A DNA stretch of 32,000 nucleotides from Nitrososphaera viennensis EN76 (GTDB lineage Archaea; Thermoproteota; Nitrososphaeria; Nitrososphaerales; Nitrososphaeraceae): positions 1,920,001 through 1,952,000 of the forward strand of contig NZ_CP007536.1 in NCBI RefSeq assembly GCF_000698785.1. The letters are read 5' to 3'. The notes below the pieces were generated by a model. That model did no database searches. It was not told the origin of the DNA and saw only the letters and a list, made by a program, of their open reading frames with translations. Positions 6,695-16,215 of the stretch are shown piece by piece. Both the position numbers and the translations under genes were made by a program. The first letter of the stretch is position 1. Every line of letters begins with the position of its first letter.

Positions 6695-7915
6695 CTAGAA
6701 ATTCTCCCGGATGTACCTTGACAGCTTTTTCGCGTCGCGCTCGCTCACGCGTATGTCGCCGGCAAACAACGGCTTTTTGCCCTTTATGATGCTCGTCTTC
6801 ACGGTCGTGCCGGATATCGTCAGGTCCAGCTCGGGCCCCTTCATCATCATGCTCTTTATCGCGTCTGCATGCAGCGAGCTGCCGTCGCTGTCCTTGCGTC
6901 TTGGGTTGACAAACTCGCTTTCCTGCCTGCTTATGCTGTCTTCCAGCACGAACATCAGCCTGTTGCCAGGCATTTTTTCAATGCCAAACACGTATTTCTC
7001 CAGCGCCTCGATCTCGATCTTGTTTCCAACAGGGCTGCTGTCGTCATCTTCCGCCGCGCTTTCGACGGTAGTACCAGCAGCGGGCCTCCACACCATCCCC
7101 TGCCGCGCGACTTTGATGCTGATTTTGTTATCCTGCCCTGCCATGCGCAAATAGCTGTCTACTGTCTTTTGCAGCTCCTCCGGGGACAGCGGCCCTGCCG
7201 GCCCGCGGTGCCACTGGTTCTTGGCGTCTTCCTTGTCCTTTTCGCCGCTGTAGTGGAGGACGTAGCAGTCCTTGGCGTTCCAGGTCTTGACCAGGTGGTA
7301 CGCCTGCGTGACAGAGATGATCCCTGTAGAGGGGTGATCGTTGTACGTCTCCGTGCCAAGCACTGCAAGGTCCGGGTTCCACATCAGGTCGGCGCTGGCG
7401 TTTTGCAGGCTGATAAAGTCCCATCCTGCAATTACCTTCCTGTCGCCGGCCCTGATCACATAGATGACAGAGCCGGGAAAACCCGGGCTGTCGCCGGCGT
7501 TGTCTGCCGCCACCGGCACTATGGAAAACGGGCCTGCCTCAAAAGGCTGGCCGGGGACAACAACAGTCGCAAAGCGCGACTTGTCGACCTGCGGCAGTTC
7601 TTTTGCAATCTGGCCTGCGCATTCGCTCGTGCAGAATATCTTGCCGGAAAAAGAGGCAAGGTCGCTTACGTGCTCCCGCCTGCCGTGCGTCACCAGTATT
7701 GCGTCAGGCTCTTCTTTGTAGCCGAGATCCGACGCGCCCTTTTTTACGCTGTCAGCCACCCCATCGCCGGCGTCAACCAATAGGTGAAAGCCGCCTGAAA
7801 AAACCGAGATCGAGGTGTGCGCTCCTCCTCCTTCCCCTGCTGCTGCCCCGCTGACGTCGGGCAGCACGCCGTTTATCCGCACAAAGAACATGGCATTTCC
7901 ACTCTCGTTCATCAT
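6695..7915 (-). CDS. Metallo-beta-lactamase-fold-like protein with a non-canonical metal motif and an unknown C-terminal domain of about 130 aa
   Basis: FHLLVDAGDG, then AILVTHGRREHVSDL where HxHxDH is expected, and later CYVLHYSGE, follow the order of MBL-fold motifs. The C-terminal third matches nothing I recognise. Confidence 0.6.
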   Translation of the reverse strand: MMNESGNAMFFVRINGVLPDVSGAAAGEGGGAHTSISVFSGGFHLLVDAGDGVADSVKKGASDLGYKEEPDAILVTHGRREHVSDLASFSGKIFCTSECAGQIAKELPQVDKSRFATVVVPGQPFEAGPFSIVPVAADNAGDSPGFPGSVIYVIRAGDRKVIAGWDFISLQNASADLMWNPDLAVLGTETYNDHPSTGIISVTQAYHLVKTWNAKDCYVLHYSGEKDKEDAKNQWHRGPAGPLSPEELQKTVDSYLRMAGQDNKISIKVARQGMVWRPAAGTTVESAAEDDDSSPVGNKIEIEALEKYVFGIEKMPGNRLMFVLEDSISRQESEFVNPRRKDSDGSSLHADAIKSMMMKGPELDLTISGTTVKTSIIKGKKPLFAGDIRVSERDAKKLSRYIRENF

Positions 7916-7955
7916 GAGAGGGAATTATGCAACATCGTAAATAAATTTAGCCGCC

Positions 7956-8213
7956 TCACGCGCCGCCGTCTTTTTGGGGCGCCCTTGCAAATCGCTTGGC
8001 AAGCCTGATTCCAAATCCCATCGATACGAAAAGCGCGATGAGCGACGCGGCAAGCGTCACGACGATTTCGGTCTTGAACACAAAGTGCGTGATTACGGCC
8101 ACGACTATAGCCGGCACCGCGATTATCACCGCAAGGAGCGTGCTCACCGCGTACACCCTGCCGATTATGCTTGCAGGGTTCTTGTCGTCGCCGCCGCTGC
8201 CACTACCTGACAC
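7956..8213 (-). CDS. Small 2-TM membrane protein, function unknown
   Basis: 85-aa ORF with a G/S-rich N-terminus, two hydrophobic helices and a basic C-terminus. It lies directly upstream of and co-directional with the MBL-like gene. Confidence 0.55.
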   Translation of the reverse strand: MSGSGSGGDDKNPASIIGRVYAVSTLLAVIIAVPAIVVAVITHFVFKTEIVVTLAASLIALFVSMGFGIRLAKRFARAPQKDGGA

Positions 8214-8308
8214 AGGGGAGAACCACGTCCCGAATTAATTTAAGCATTGCTTGCTTGGAATACGTGCATCCGAGGACTAATATTGTCGCACCCGCTTTAT
8301 GACTGACC

Positions 8309-10294
8309 ATGGAGCTTTCCGGGGTCGAGCTGCGCTACCTTGTAAACGAGATAGGCGCCAGGGTGACCTCCGGGCACTACATCTCGGCGGTAAACGCAGT
8401 GACCAAGGACTCGCTCCTTTTGCGCCTCCACCACCCGACGCAGGAAGACATCATGCTGGTACTGTCGACAAGGGGCATCTGGATTACAAAACTAAAGTTC
8501 AAGCCGGTGGAGGACAATTCGCTAGAGCGGGCGGCCATAGCGGAGCTGGAGCGAGCTCGCGTGGAATCGGTGGAGCAGGCCGGGAGCGAGCGCATCGCCA
8601 CGTTAAGGCTGCGCCGGCTGGATGGGCAGGCGCGGATTGTGGTGTGCGAGTTTTTTGGCGACGGCAACATCATAATCTGCGACGGCAAGATGCAGATACT
8701 TGCCATACTGCGGCCGATAGAGGTGCGCCACCGCACGCTCAAGGTCGGCCTGAGGTACGCGTTTCCTCCGCAGAGGGGAGTCGACGTCTTTGCGCTGTCG
8801 CTTGGGCAGATGCTTGCGCTGCGCAACGAAGCGAAAAAAAACAACCTGGACGTTCTGCGCTGGATAGGCAGGGGGCTTTCGATGCCCCGGAAATTCGTGG
8901 AGGAGGTTGCCAAGAGGGCAGGCATCGAGCCGTCAAGGCAGGCAGGCCAGCTGGCAGACGAGGAGGTGGGCAGGGTATTTTCCACGATAAAGTCGCTTGT
9001 CGACGACATCAGCGCGGGCAGGAACCACGAGCCGGTGGTCATCATGCAAGAGGGCAAGCCTGTGGACGCGCTCCCGGTAGTCACAGAAGAGGCCCAAAAA
9101 CTGGAGACAAAAAAGGCGCCCACCTACATGGAGGCGCTTGACGAAGTGCTCAGCAACGAGATACTGGACATCGGCCGCAGCTCAAGGACCGTGGAAATAG
9201 ACAGGCAGATAGCCGTGCTGGAGCACGACCTTGCGGAGCAGAACAAGGCCAAGGAGGAAGTGCTGCAAAAAGCGGCGGCAATCCGCAAGCTCGCCGGCGA
9301 ATTGATGGCGATTTCATATTCAGGCCCAAGCGACGACGCGATCAGGGGCGTGCTTGCGGCAAACTCGGCGTCGGTTGTGGCAGAAAAGGGCGTGAAATAC
9401 GTGCAGGTGGCCGGCGAAAACATCGAGATCCAGCAGAACCTTGCAAAACTGGGCTCGATGCTTTTTGCCCGCGCAAAAGAGATGGAGCGGGGCAACGCCT
9501 CGATAGAGGAGGCCCGCGCAAAGATCCTCGCGCAGATAGAGAAGCTGCGCGGCCAGACCGCGGCCATCCACAAAAAGATGGTGGTGCAAAAGCAGGCCGC
9601 AAAGGAATGGTACGAGCGCTACCGGTGGTTTGTGACAAGCGACGGCCTGCTTGCGATAGGAGGGCGCGACGCGTCGTCCAACTCGGCCCTCGTGCGCAAG
9701 CACCTGACGGAAGACGACATTGTCTTTCACGCCGAGGTGCACGGCTCGCCGTTTTTCATCGTGAAAAATGCCGCGGCCCCTGCAAGGGAAGGCAAGGTGG
9801 AGCAGTCCCTTGCGCAGGTCGCGCAGGCAACCGTGTCGTTCAGCAGGGCGTGGAAGGACGGCCTGTCAAGCGCCGACGCCTACTGGGTCTTTCCCGAGCA
9901 GATAAAGAAGGGCGCGCCCACGGGCCAGTTCCTGCCCCGGGGCTCGTTCGTGATAGAGGGCAAGCGCAGTTATGTCAAGGGCGTCGAGGTTCGCCTTGCG
10001 ATCGGCATCGCGCTCGTGAACGAAAAGGAGGCGCTGGTGTGCGGGCCGGAAGAGGCCGTGAAAAAGAGGTCGCTTGTGTACGCGGTCCTCCTGCAGGGCG
10101 GGCTTGACCCGATGAACGCGGCCAAGAAGGCCAAGGCCGCGCTCGTGTCTGCCGCCGGTGATGAGGATGATCTTGCAGAGACGATAAAGCGCATCAGCCT
10201 CGACGACTTTGTCCGCGCCCTTCCAACAGGCCAGTCCAAGATCTCCTTTGCTGCCAAGGGTGGCGGCGCAGGCAGTAGCAGCAAAAGTAATTAA
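8309..10294 (+). CDS. NFACT-family ribosome quality-control factor (Rqc2/NEMF/RqcH homolog; formerly called fibronectin-binding protein A-like)
   Basis: NFACT-N-like N-terminus (MELSGVELRYLVNEI...), a long central coiled coil, an NFACT-R/DUF814-like block (GRDASSNSALVRKHLTEDDIVFHAEVHGSPFFIVKN), and a size of 661 aa. Confidence 0.9.
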   Translation: MELSGVELRYLVNEIGARVTSGHYISAVNAVTKDSLLLRLHHPTQEDIMLVLSTRGIWITKLKFKPVEDNSLERAAIAELERARVESVEQAGSERIATLRLRRLDGQARIVVCEFFGDGNIIICDGKMQILAILRPIEVRHRTLKVGLRYAFPPQRGVDVFALSLGQMLALRNEAKKNNLDVLRWIGRGLSMPRKFVEEVAKRAGIEPSRQAGQLADEEVGRVFSTIKSLVDDISAGRNHEPVVIMQEGKPVDALPVVTEEAQKLETKKAPTYMEALDEVLSNEILDIGRSSRTVEIDRQIAVLEHDLAEQNKAKEEVLQKAAAIRKLAGELMAISYSGPSDDAIRGVLAANSASVVAEKGVKYVQVAGENIEIQQNLAKLGSMLFARAKEMERGNASIEEARAKILAQIEKLRGQTAAIHKKMVVQKQAAKEWYERYRWFVTSDGLLAIGGRDASSNSALVRKHLTEDDIVFHAEVHGSPFFIVKNAAAPAREGKVEQSLAQVAQATVSFSRAWKDGLSSADAYWVFPEQIKKGAPTGQFLPRGSFVIEGKRSYVKGVEVRLAIGIALVNEKEALVCGPEEAVKKRSLVYAVLLQGGLDPMNAAKKAKAALVSAAGDEDDLAETIKRISLDDFVRALPTGQSKISFAAKGGGAGSSSKSN

Positions 10295-10356
10295 AATGCC
10301 GCCGCACAACATTGCACGTGGTAAAAAAGCCAGTCAGGGAGCACGCCGACGCAAAC

Positions 10357-10917
10357 ATGACTACTCGCGTGATCGTCCGCGACATCATGAACAGTCCTGT
10401 CATCAGCGCATCCCCGCATGACACTGTCCGCGACGTCGCAAAAAAGATGAAGTCAGAAAATATAGGAAGCATCATAATAATGGACAAGGACAAGCCGGTG
10501 GGGCTGGTCACCGACTATGACATCGTGACGCAGGGGGTTGCAAAAGATGCCAAGCCGAGCGCGCTCAAGGCAAGCGACGTGATGCGGGAACTGCACACCA
10601 TTGAAAGCGAGGAGAGCATCACCGAGGCCGCGCGCCTCTTGCGCAAGCACGGCATCAAGCGCCTGGGCGTCGTCTACAAGGGCCGCCTTGTCGGCATCAT
10701 TTCCGCTTCTGACGTTATTGCCGTGACCCCGGACCTCGTCGACGTGGTGTCGGAAAAAGCCGGGATCATCAGGGGCGAGCTTGGGAGGCCGGCGGGCAAG
10801 GTGTCCGGCTATTGCGACGAATGCGGCGAGTGGTCCGACCTCCTGCAGTACGACGAGGGGACCTTCATCTGCGAGGTATGCCGCGGCGAGGCCACGCCCA
10901 CCCCCGAATCTGCATAA
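10357..10917 (+). CDS. CBS-domain pair protein with a C-terminal zinc ribbon
   Basis: Two CBS repeats (VRDIMNSPVISASP..., ASDVMRELHTIESE...KRLGVV) and C-terminal CDECG...CEVC. The start is set at ATG 10357; an AAAAAA box lies about 30 nt upstream. Confidence 0.85.
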   Translation: MTTRVIVRDIMNSPVISASPHDTVRDVAKKMKSENIGSIIIMDKDKPVGLVTDYDIVTQGVAKDAKPSALKASDVMRELHTIESEESITEAARLLRKHGIKRLGVVYKGRLVGIISASDVIAVTPDLVDVVSEKAGIIRGELGRPAGKVSGYCDECGEWSDLLQYDEGTFICEVCRGEATPTPESA

Positions 10918-10950
10918 ATGTTATTGTTGATAATGATGATGTGAGGCGAA

Positions 10951-11466
10951 ATGATGAGGTTCCTTGCGGACGCGATGCTTGGAAGCGTCGCCCGCAAGCT
11001 GCGCATTTTCGGCTTTGACACGCTGTACGTGCCGGACACAAGCGACAACGAGATCCTGCGCCTCGCAGCCGAGCAGGGCAGGATAATCCTCACCGCCGAC
11101 AAGGAGCTGTTCAAGCGCATGATGAAGCGGGGAGCGCAGGGCGTGCTCGTGGACGGCGCAAGCGACCTTGACGACATGGCGCACATTTTTGAAAAGCTGG
11201 GCATTTCCGCGGACCTTTCCAGGATGGGGTCAAGGTGCACCTCATGCAACGGCGCGCTCGCACAGAAAAGGCCGGATGAGGTGGGCGGGCTGGTGCCGGC
11301 GACCGTCCTTGCCCGGCACGAGGGGTTCTGGCAGTGCGCAGACTGCCAGAAGGTGTACTGGGACGGAGGCCACCTCGGGCGCATAAGGGCCTTTGCCAGG
11401 ACTCTTGAAGACCGCCTGGCCGACTCGTCATCAACATCGTCGTCGTCATCATCATCAAAAGGTTAA
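10951..11466 (+). CDS. Mut7-C (DUF82) PIN-like RNase domain protein with a zinc ribbon
   Basis: MRFLADAMLGSVARKLRIFGFDT...ILTADKEL...CTSCNGAL...FWQCADCQKVYWDGGH is the characteristic Mut7-C layout. The protein has a Ser-rich tail. Confidence 0.85.
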   Translation: MMRFLADAMLGSVARKLRIFGFDTLYVPDTSDNEILRLAAEQGRIILTADKELFKRMMKRGAQGVLVDGASDLDDMAHIFEKLGISADLSRMGSRCTSCNGALAQKRPDEVGGLVPATVLARHEGFWQCADCQKVYWDGGHLGRIRAFARTLEDRLADSSSTSSSSSSSKG

Positions 11467-11470
11467 AATC
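11461..11470 (+). promoter_or_regulatory. TATA-like box (GGTTAAAATC) about 30 nt upstream of the atpE ATG
   Basis: TTAAAAT is centred about 30 nt before ATG 11496 and overlaps the stop of the upstream gene. Confidence 0.45.
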
Positions 11471-11495
11471 ACGAGGAACGGGCAGAGTCCCCAGT

Positions 11496-12122
11496 ATGAG
11501 TTCGAATTCTGCTCTAGAGCGAACCATAAACAAAGTTTTATCTCAAAAGGAAACAGAGTTGATCTCGCAAATTGATTCGGCTTACCAGGAATCGCTGAAG
11601 AACCTCGAGGCTTCAAGGAGCAAGCTTGACGCCGAGCGCGCAAGGATAATCGAGTCTGCCAAGAAACAGGCCGAGAACCTGAAGCGCCAGATAGTGGGCT
11701 CCAGCAGGCTGTCGGCGCGCAACAAGGAGCTCCTCATGATAGAAACCGACGTGAACGAAGCATTTGAGCGCGCCAAGGCGTGGCTTGCCTCGTCCAGCAA
11801 GGACGACTCTTACAGGTCGCTTCTGGCCCGGGTGGTCGAGGAGAGCATCCCCTCCGTCGGCTCTGACGACGTAATAGTCGAGTGCAACAAGAACGACGCC
11901 GAGCAGGTGAAAAAAATAGTCGCAGACCTGTCAAAAAAGAACCCGAAACTGAAGGCAAGGGTCTCTGACCAGCCGATAAACGCAATCGGCGGCGTCCGCG
12001 TGAAATCGGCAGACGGCACGATGTCGTTTGACAACACGCTTGACTCGAGGATCGAGCGACTCAAACCTTTAATAAGGAAAAATATTGCACGAATGCTGAG
12101 AGGAGAGGCAGGAGAGGAATAA
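11496..12122 (+). CDS. atpE: A-type ATP synthase subunit E (peripheral stalk)
   Basis: N-terminal charged coiled coil plus a C-terminal globular part ([28 protein letters not shown]) typical of A/V-type subunit E. It lies immediately upstream of atpA. Confidence 0.85.
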   Translation: MSSNSALERTINKVLSQKETELISQIDSAYQESLKNLEASRSKLDAERARIIESAKKQAENLKRQIVGSSRLSARNKELLMIETDVNEAFERAKAWLASSSKDDSYRSLLARVVEESIPSVGSDDVIVECNKNDAEQVKKIVADLSKKNPKLKARVSDQPINAIGGVRVKSADGTMSFDNTLDSRIERLKPLIRKNIARMLRGEAGEE

Positions 12123-12126
12123 GATT

Positions 12127-13929
12127 ATGGTAGCCAAAGGACGCATTGTGTGGGTTAGCGGTCCTGCAGTCAAGGCAGATGGCATGTCCGCTGCAAAGAT
12201 GTACGAGACAGTCGAGGTCGGAGACTCTAAACTTATCGGAGAAGTCATCAGGCTGACAGGAGACGTCGCATTCATCCAGGTGTACGAGTCGACGTCAGGG
12301 TTAAAGCCGGGCGAGCCGGTGGTCGGCACCGGCCAGCCGCTGTCCGTGCTCCTGGGCCCGGGCGTGATCGGCAGGATCTACGACGGGATCCAGAGGCCCC
12401 TTGACGAGATTGCGGCAAAGTCCGGCGCGTTCATCGGCAGGGGAATCCAGACCACGCCGGTGGACATGAAGAAAAAATACCATTTCAAGCCGGCGATGAA
12501 AAAGGGTGACGAGGTGGGCCCGGGCTTTATCCTCGGCACCGTCGAGGAAACGCCGCTTCTTGTAAACAAGATCCTTGTCCCGCCGGACCACGCCAAGGGC
12601 GCAAAACTGGTTGACATTGCGCCGGAAGGCGACTATGACATCGAGCACATCATCGCCACGACAGAAAAGGACGGCAACAAGGCGCAGCTGAAAATGTACC
12701 ACAAGTGGCCTGTGCGCAAGCCAAGGCCTTATGCCGAGCGCTATGACCCGACCGTCCCGCTGGTGACAGGCCAGCGCGTTATTGATACCTATTTCCCGAT
12801 TGCAAAGGGCGGAACGGGCGCAATCCCGGGAGGCTTTGGCACGGGCAAGACCGTGACCATGCACCAGATTGCCAAGTGGGCCGACTCGAAAGTAGTGGTC
12901 TACATCGGCTGCGGCGAGCGCGGAAACGAGATGACAGAGGTGCTCGTCGAGTTCCCGCACCTCATCGACCCGAGGTCCGGCAGGCCGCTCATGGAGAGGA
13001 CCGTGCTTGTCGCAAACACGAGCAACATGCCGGTGGCGGCAAGGGAAGCGTCCATCTATACTGGAGTCACCATGGCGGAATACTACCGCGACATGGGCTA
13101 TGACGTCGTGCTCGTCGCAGATTCCACAAGCAGGTGGGCAGAGGCGCTCCGTGAGATGTCGGGCCGCCTTGAAGAGATGCCTGCAGAGGAAGGCTACCCG
13201 TCGTACCTTGCGTCAAGGCTTGCCGAATTCTATGAAAGAGCAGGACGCGTCCGCGCCCTTGGCTCGCCAGACCGGGCAGGCTCTGTGACGCTCGTGGGCG
13301 CAGTGTCGCCTTCAGGCGCAGACTTTACCGAGCCGGTGACGACGCATACCATCAGGTTCATCAAGACCTTCTGGGCGCTTGACACGAGGCTTGCGTACTC
13401 GCGTCACTACCCGTCCATCAACTGGATGCAGTCGTACTCGGGATACCTCGAGGATGTTGCAAAATGGTGGAAGGAAAACGTGTCAGGCGACTGGTACGAG
13501 CTGCGCGCCGAGTCGTACCAGATCCTGCAGAGGGAAGACACTCTGAAGGAAATCGTCAGGCTCCTCGGGCCTGAGGCACTCCCTGACGAGGAAAAGCTGG
13601 TGCTCGAAGTGGCAAGGATGATAAAAATCGGCATCCTCCAGCAGAACTCGTTTGACAAGATCGACACCTACTGCAGCCCCGAAAAACAAGTAAAGCTGGT
13701 GAAGTTGATGGTCAAGTTCTTCAAGGAGGCGCAAAAGGCGTTGAAGGCAGAAGTCTCGCTTGCGGACATTCGCGCAATGCCGATAATCCCGCAGCTTCTG
13801 AAAGCCAAGTTCGACATACCGGAAGACCAGCTGGCAAAGCTGGCAGACCTCGACAAGGCGCTTGAAGAGGGCTTCCGCAAACTGGGCGGCGCAGCCACAA
13901 AGACAGAGGAGGTTAAAGTAGTTGCCTGA
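12127..13929 (+). CDS. atpA: A-type ATP synthase catalytic subunit A
   Basis: Walker A motif GGFGTGKTV, the non-homologous region typical of A subunits, and extensive recognisable A/V-type subunit A sequence. 600 aa with no intein. Confidence 0.97.
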   Translation: MVAKGRIVWVSGPAVKADGMSAAKMYETVEVGDSKLIGEVIRLTGDVAFIQVYESTSGLKPGEPVVGTGQPLSVLLGPGVIGRIYDGIQRPLDEIAAKSGAFIGRGIQTTPVDMKKKYHFKPAMKKGDEVGPGFILGTVEETPLLVNKILVPPDHAKGAKLVDIAPEGDYDIEHIIATTEKDGNKAQLKMYHKWPVRKPRPYAERYDPTVPLVTGQRVIDTYFPIAKGGTGAIPGGFGTGKTVTMHQIAKWADSKVVVYIGCGERGNEMTEVLVEFPHLIDPRSGRPLMERTVLVANTSNMPVAAREASIYTGVTMAEYYRDMGYDVVLVADSTSRWAEALREMSGRLEEMPAEEGYPSYLASRLAEFYERAGRVRALGSPDRAGSVTLVGAVSPSGADFTEPVTTHTIRFIKTFWALDTRLAYSRHYPSINWMQSYSGYLEDVAKWWKENVSGDWYELRAESYQILQREDTLKEIVRLLGPEALPDEEKLVLEVARMIKIGILQQNSFDKIDTYCSPEKQVKLVKLMVKFFKEAQKALKAEVSLADIRAMPIIPQLLKAKFDIPEDQLAKLADLDKALEEGFRKLGGAATKTEEVKVVA

Positions 13930-15313
13930 AACAGCATCCGGAATTGAATATACCAAAGTAGCAGAAATCAAGGGCCCGCTGATGGTTATCGACGGCATAA
14001 CCAAGGCGTCCTTTGACGAGCTGGTTGAAATCGAGACGGCGGAAGGCGAGCGCAGGCTTGGCAAGGTCCTCGAAGTGGGCTTTGGCAAGGCTGTCGTGCA
14101 GGTCTTTGAAGGGACGACCGGCCTTACAGTATCAGGAACCAAGGCCAAGTTCCTCGGCAAGACCATGGAGATGCCCGTGTCGCAGGAGCTCCTCGGCAGG
14201 GTGTTTGACGGGCTGGGCAGGCCAAACGACGGCCTCCCGGAGCCGATCGCCGACAAGTTCCTCGACGTCAACGGCGAGCCAATGAACCCTGAAAGGCGCG
14301 AATACCCGACGTCGTTCATCCAGACAGGCGTGTCGGTGATCGACGGCATGCTCACGCTAGTGCGCGGCCAGAAATTGCCGATATTCTCCGGCTCTGGCAT
14401 GCCCCACAACATCTTGGCTGCGCAGATTGCGCGCCAGGCGTCCGTCGTGGGCACCAAGGAGGATTTCGCCGTGGTGTTTGCGGCAATCGGCGTGCAGTAC
14501 TCGGAGGCGCAGTATTTCAAGCGCAGTCTCGAAGAGTCTGGCGCGCTCAGGCGTTCCGTGCTGTTCCTCAATCTCGCAGACGACCCCGCAATCGAGCGCA
14601 TCATCACTCCAAGGGTGGCGCTGACGGTGGCAGAATACCTTGCGTTTGACCTTGGCATGCACGTGCTTGCAATACTGACTGACATGACCAACTATGCAGA
14701 GGCGCTGCGCGAAATTTCCGCGGCAAGGGAAGAAGTGCCTGGCAGAAAGGGCTACCCTGGCTACCTTTACACCGACCTTGCAAACAACTACGAGCGCGCA
14801 GGCAGGATAAAGGGCAAGAACGGCTCTGTCACGCAGGTGCCGATCCTCTCGATGCCGGCAGACGACATCACGCACCCTATCCCTGATCTTACAGGATACA
14901 TCACCGAGGGCCAGATAGTGCTTGGCCGCGACCTGTTCAGAAAGGGCGTCTATCCGCCAGTGAACGTGCTGTCCTCGCTGTCGAGGCTCATGAAGGACGG
15001 GGTAGGCGAGGGCAAGACGCGCCCTGACCACCCGGAGGTGGGAAACCAGATGTACGACCTCTACTCCAGGGCGCAGGAAGTGCGCGCGCTGGCAGAAATC
15101 GTCGGCCGCGCCGGCCTTACCGGCACCGACCTGAAGTACCTGGACGCCGGCGACATGTTCGAGAACCACTTTTTGAAGCAGGCTCCGGACGAGAACAGGA
15201 ACCTCGACGAGACGCTCGCAAGGGCGTGGGAAGTGCTGTCGACGCTCCCAGAGGCCGAGCTGACCAAGATCAAGGAAAAGCACATCAAGGCGTACTACAA
15301 GGGTAGCAAGTAA
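13922..15313 (+). CDS. atpB: A-type ATP synthase subunit B
   Basis: Typical B-subunit sequence ([31 protein letters not shown]). TTG start overlapping the atpA stop by 8 nt. Confidence 0.97.
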   Translation: MPETASGIEYTKVAEIKGPLMVIDGITKASFDELVEIETAEGERRLGKVLEVGFGKAVVQVFEGTTGLTVSGTKAKFLGKTMEMPVSQELLGRVFDGLGRPNDGLPEPIADKFLDVNGEPMNPERREYPTSFIQTGVSVIDGMLTLVRGQKLPIFSGSGMPHNILAAQIARQASVVGTKEDFAVVFAAIGVQYSEAQYFKRSLEESGALRRSVLFLNLADDPAIERIITPRVALTVAEYLAFDLGMHVLAILTDMTNYAEALREISAAREEVPGRKGYPGYLYTDLANNYERAGRIKGKNGSVTQVPILSMPADDITHPIPDLTGYITEGQIVLGRDLFRKGVYPPVNVLSSLSRLMKDGVGEGKTRPDHPEVGNQMYDLYSRAQEVRALAEIVGRAGLTGTDLKYLDAGDMFENHFLKQAPDENRNLDETLARAWEVLSTLPEAELTKIKEKHIKAYYKGSK

Positions 15314-15315
15314 TA

Positions 15316-15978
15316 ATGTCTTCAAGAAGGGTAACTGCAACAAAGATCGAGCTAATCAAGATACGCCGCTCGATGCAGGTAGCCAAGATGGTGCACAAGA
15401 TCCTTGACGACAAGCGCGAAGTGCTCCTGAAAAAGATCGACGAGATGATAGAGGAGGCCAACAAGGCCAGAGAAGACATCTGGTCCCCGCTTGGCGAGAT
15501 CTATTCAGCCGTCTACACCGCCTACATGTCGCTTGGCACCACCACGCTTGAATCCATCTCTGATTCCACTCCGAGCGTGATGGAGACAGACGTCAACGTG
15601 CGCAGAATAGTCGACGTCAAGATCCCGACCCTGACCGTAAAGACGCGCGAGGGGAGCCAGCACCTCTCTTACGGCTTCATAGAGACGAACGCGTCGGTCG
15701 ACAAGGCGTCGAAACTGATAAAGAACATGCTCCCGTCCGTGTGCAAGGCCGCCGAGTACGAAAACGCGATATTCAGCCTTGCAAAGGAGCTTGAGCGCAC
15801 GCAGAAACTGATCAACGCTCTGGAATACATCATCATCCCGCAGTACCAGGAGGCCGTCTACTTCATCAAGGCGACGCTTGAAGAGCGCGAGCGGGAGGAG
15901 TTTGTCAGGATCAAGAAGGTTAAAGTAGTCCTTGACAGGAAAAAGCTGGCAGAGGCAGAGGCGACGACAAGCACATGA
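15316..15978 (+). CDS. atpD: A-type ATP synthase subunit D (central stalk)
   Basis: ATKIELIKIRRSMQVAKMVHKILDDKREVLL plus a C-terminal helical region are typical of subunit D. It starts 2 nt after atpB. Confidence 0.9.
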   Translation: MSSRRVTATKIELIKIRRSMQVAKMVHKILDDKREVLLKKIDEMIEEANKAREDIWSPLGEIYSAVYTAYMSLGTTTLESISDSTPSVMETDVNVRRIVDVKIPTLTVKTREGSQHLSYGFIETNASVDKASKLIKNMLPSVCKAAEYENAIFSLAKELERTQKLINALEYIIIPQYQEAVYFIKATLEEREREEFVRIKKVKVVLDRKKLAEAEATTST

Positions 15979-16103
15979 GCAATGATATATCAAACCACTT
16001 TGAAAAGGCCAAGGCGCAGCTAAAGTCCGAGCGCGACTCTCTGGAGCAAAGGATAAAGGAAGAGATCGCGCAGAGCAAGCGCAAGGCGCTGTCAAAGGTC
16101 TAA
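15975..16103 (+). CDS. Unlisted 42-aa charged coiled-coil ORF overlapping the atpD stop (ATGA); candidate short stalk subunit (H/G-like)
   Basis: ATG 15975-15977 overlaps TGA 15976-15978. The translation is MSNDISNHFEKAKAQLKSERDSLEQRIKEEIAQSKRKALSKV, ending at TAA 16101-16103. It falls below the size cutoff of the ORF track. Confidence 0.4.
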   Translation: MSNDISNHFEKAKAQLKSERDSLEQRIKEEIAQSKRKALSKV

Positions 16104-16190
16104 CAACCCCTCTTCTTTCCTCCTCCACACATTTTCTTGCACCGTTTTTGCGTGTAAAATTTACATTATTTTGCTGTAGTTACTATTAAA

Positions 16191-16215
16191 TAGGGCTTTT
16201 CATGCCAAAGCCCTA
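16191..16215 (+). promoter_or_regulatory. Perfect 9-bp inverted repeat TAGGGCTTT-N7-AAAGCCCTA abutting the atpK start codon
   Basis: Arms at 16191-16199 and 16207-16215 are exact reverse complements. ATTAAATA at 16185-16192 is a TATA-like box just upstream. The ATG is at 16216. Confidence 0.5.

Noticed and set aside
8299-9141. 280-aa plus-strand and 248-aa minus-strand ORFs overlapping the NFACT gene
   Set aside because: They are alternative frames of a gene with clear NFACT-N, coiled-coil and NFACT-R organisation. Their translations are Arg/Gly/Ala or Ser-rich low-complexity sequence.
12127-13929. Possible intein in atpA, which is common in archaeal ATPase A subunits
   Set aside because: The length (600 aa) and uninterrupted conserved blocks around the Walker A site leave no room for an intein insertion.
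13483-15343. Long minus-strand ORFs (402 aa and 328 aa) antisense to atpA and atpB
   Set aside because: The plus strand encodes highly recognisable ATPase A and B subunits. The antisense frames stay open only because of G+C-rich codon usage.
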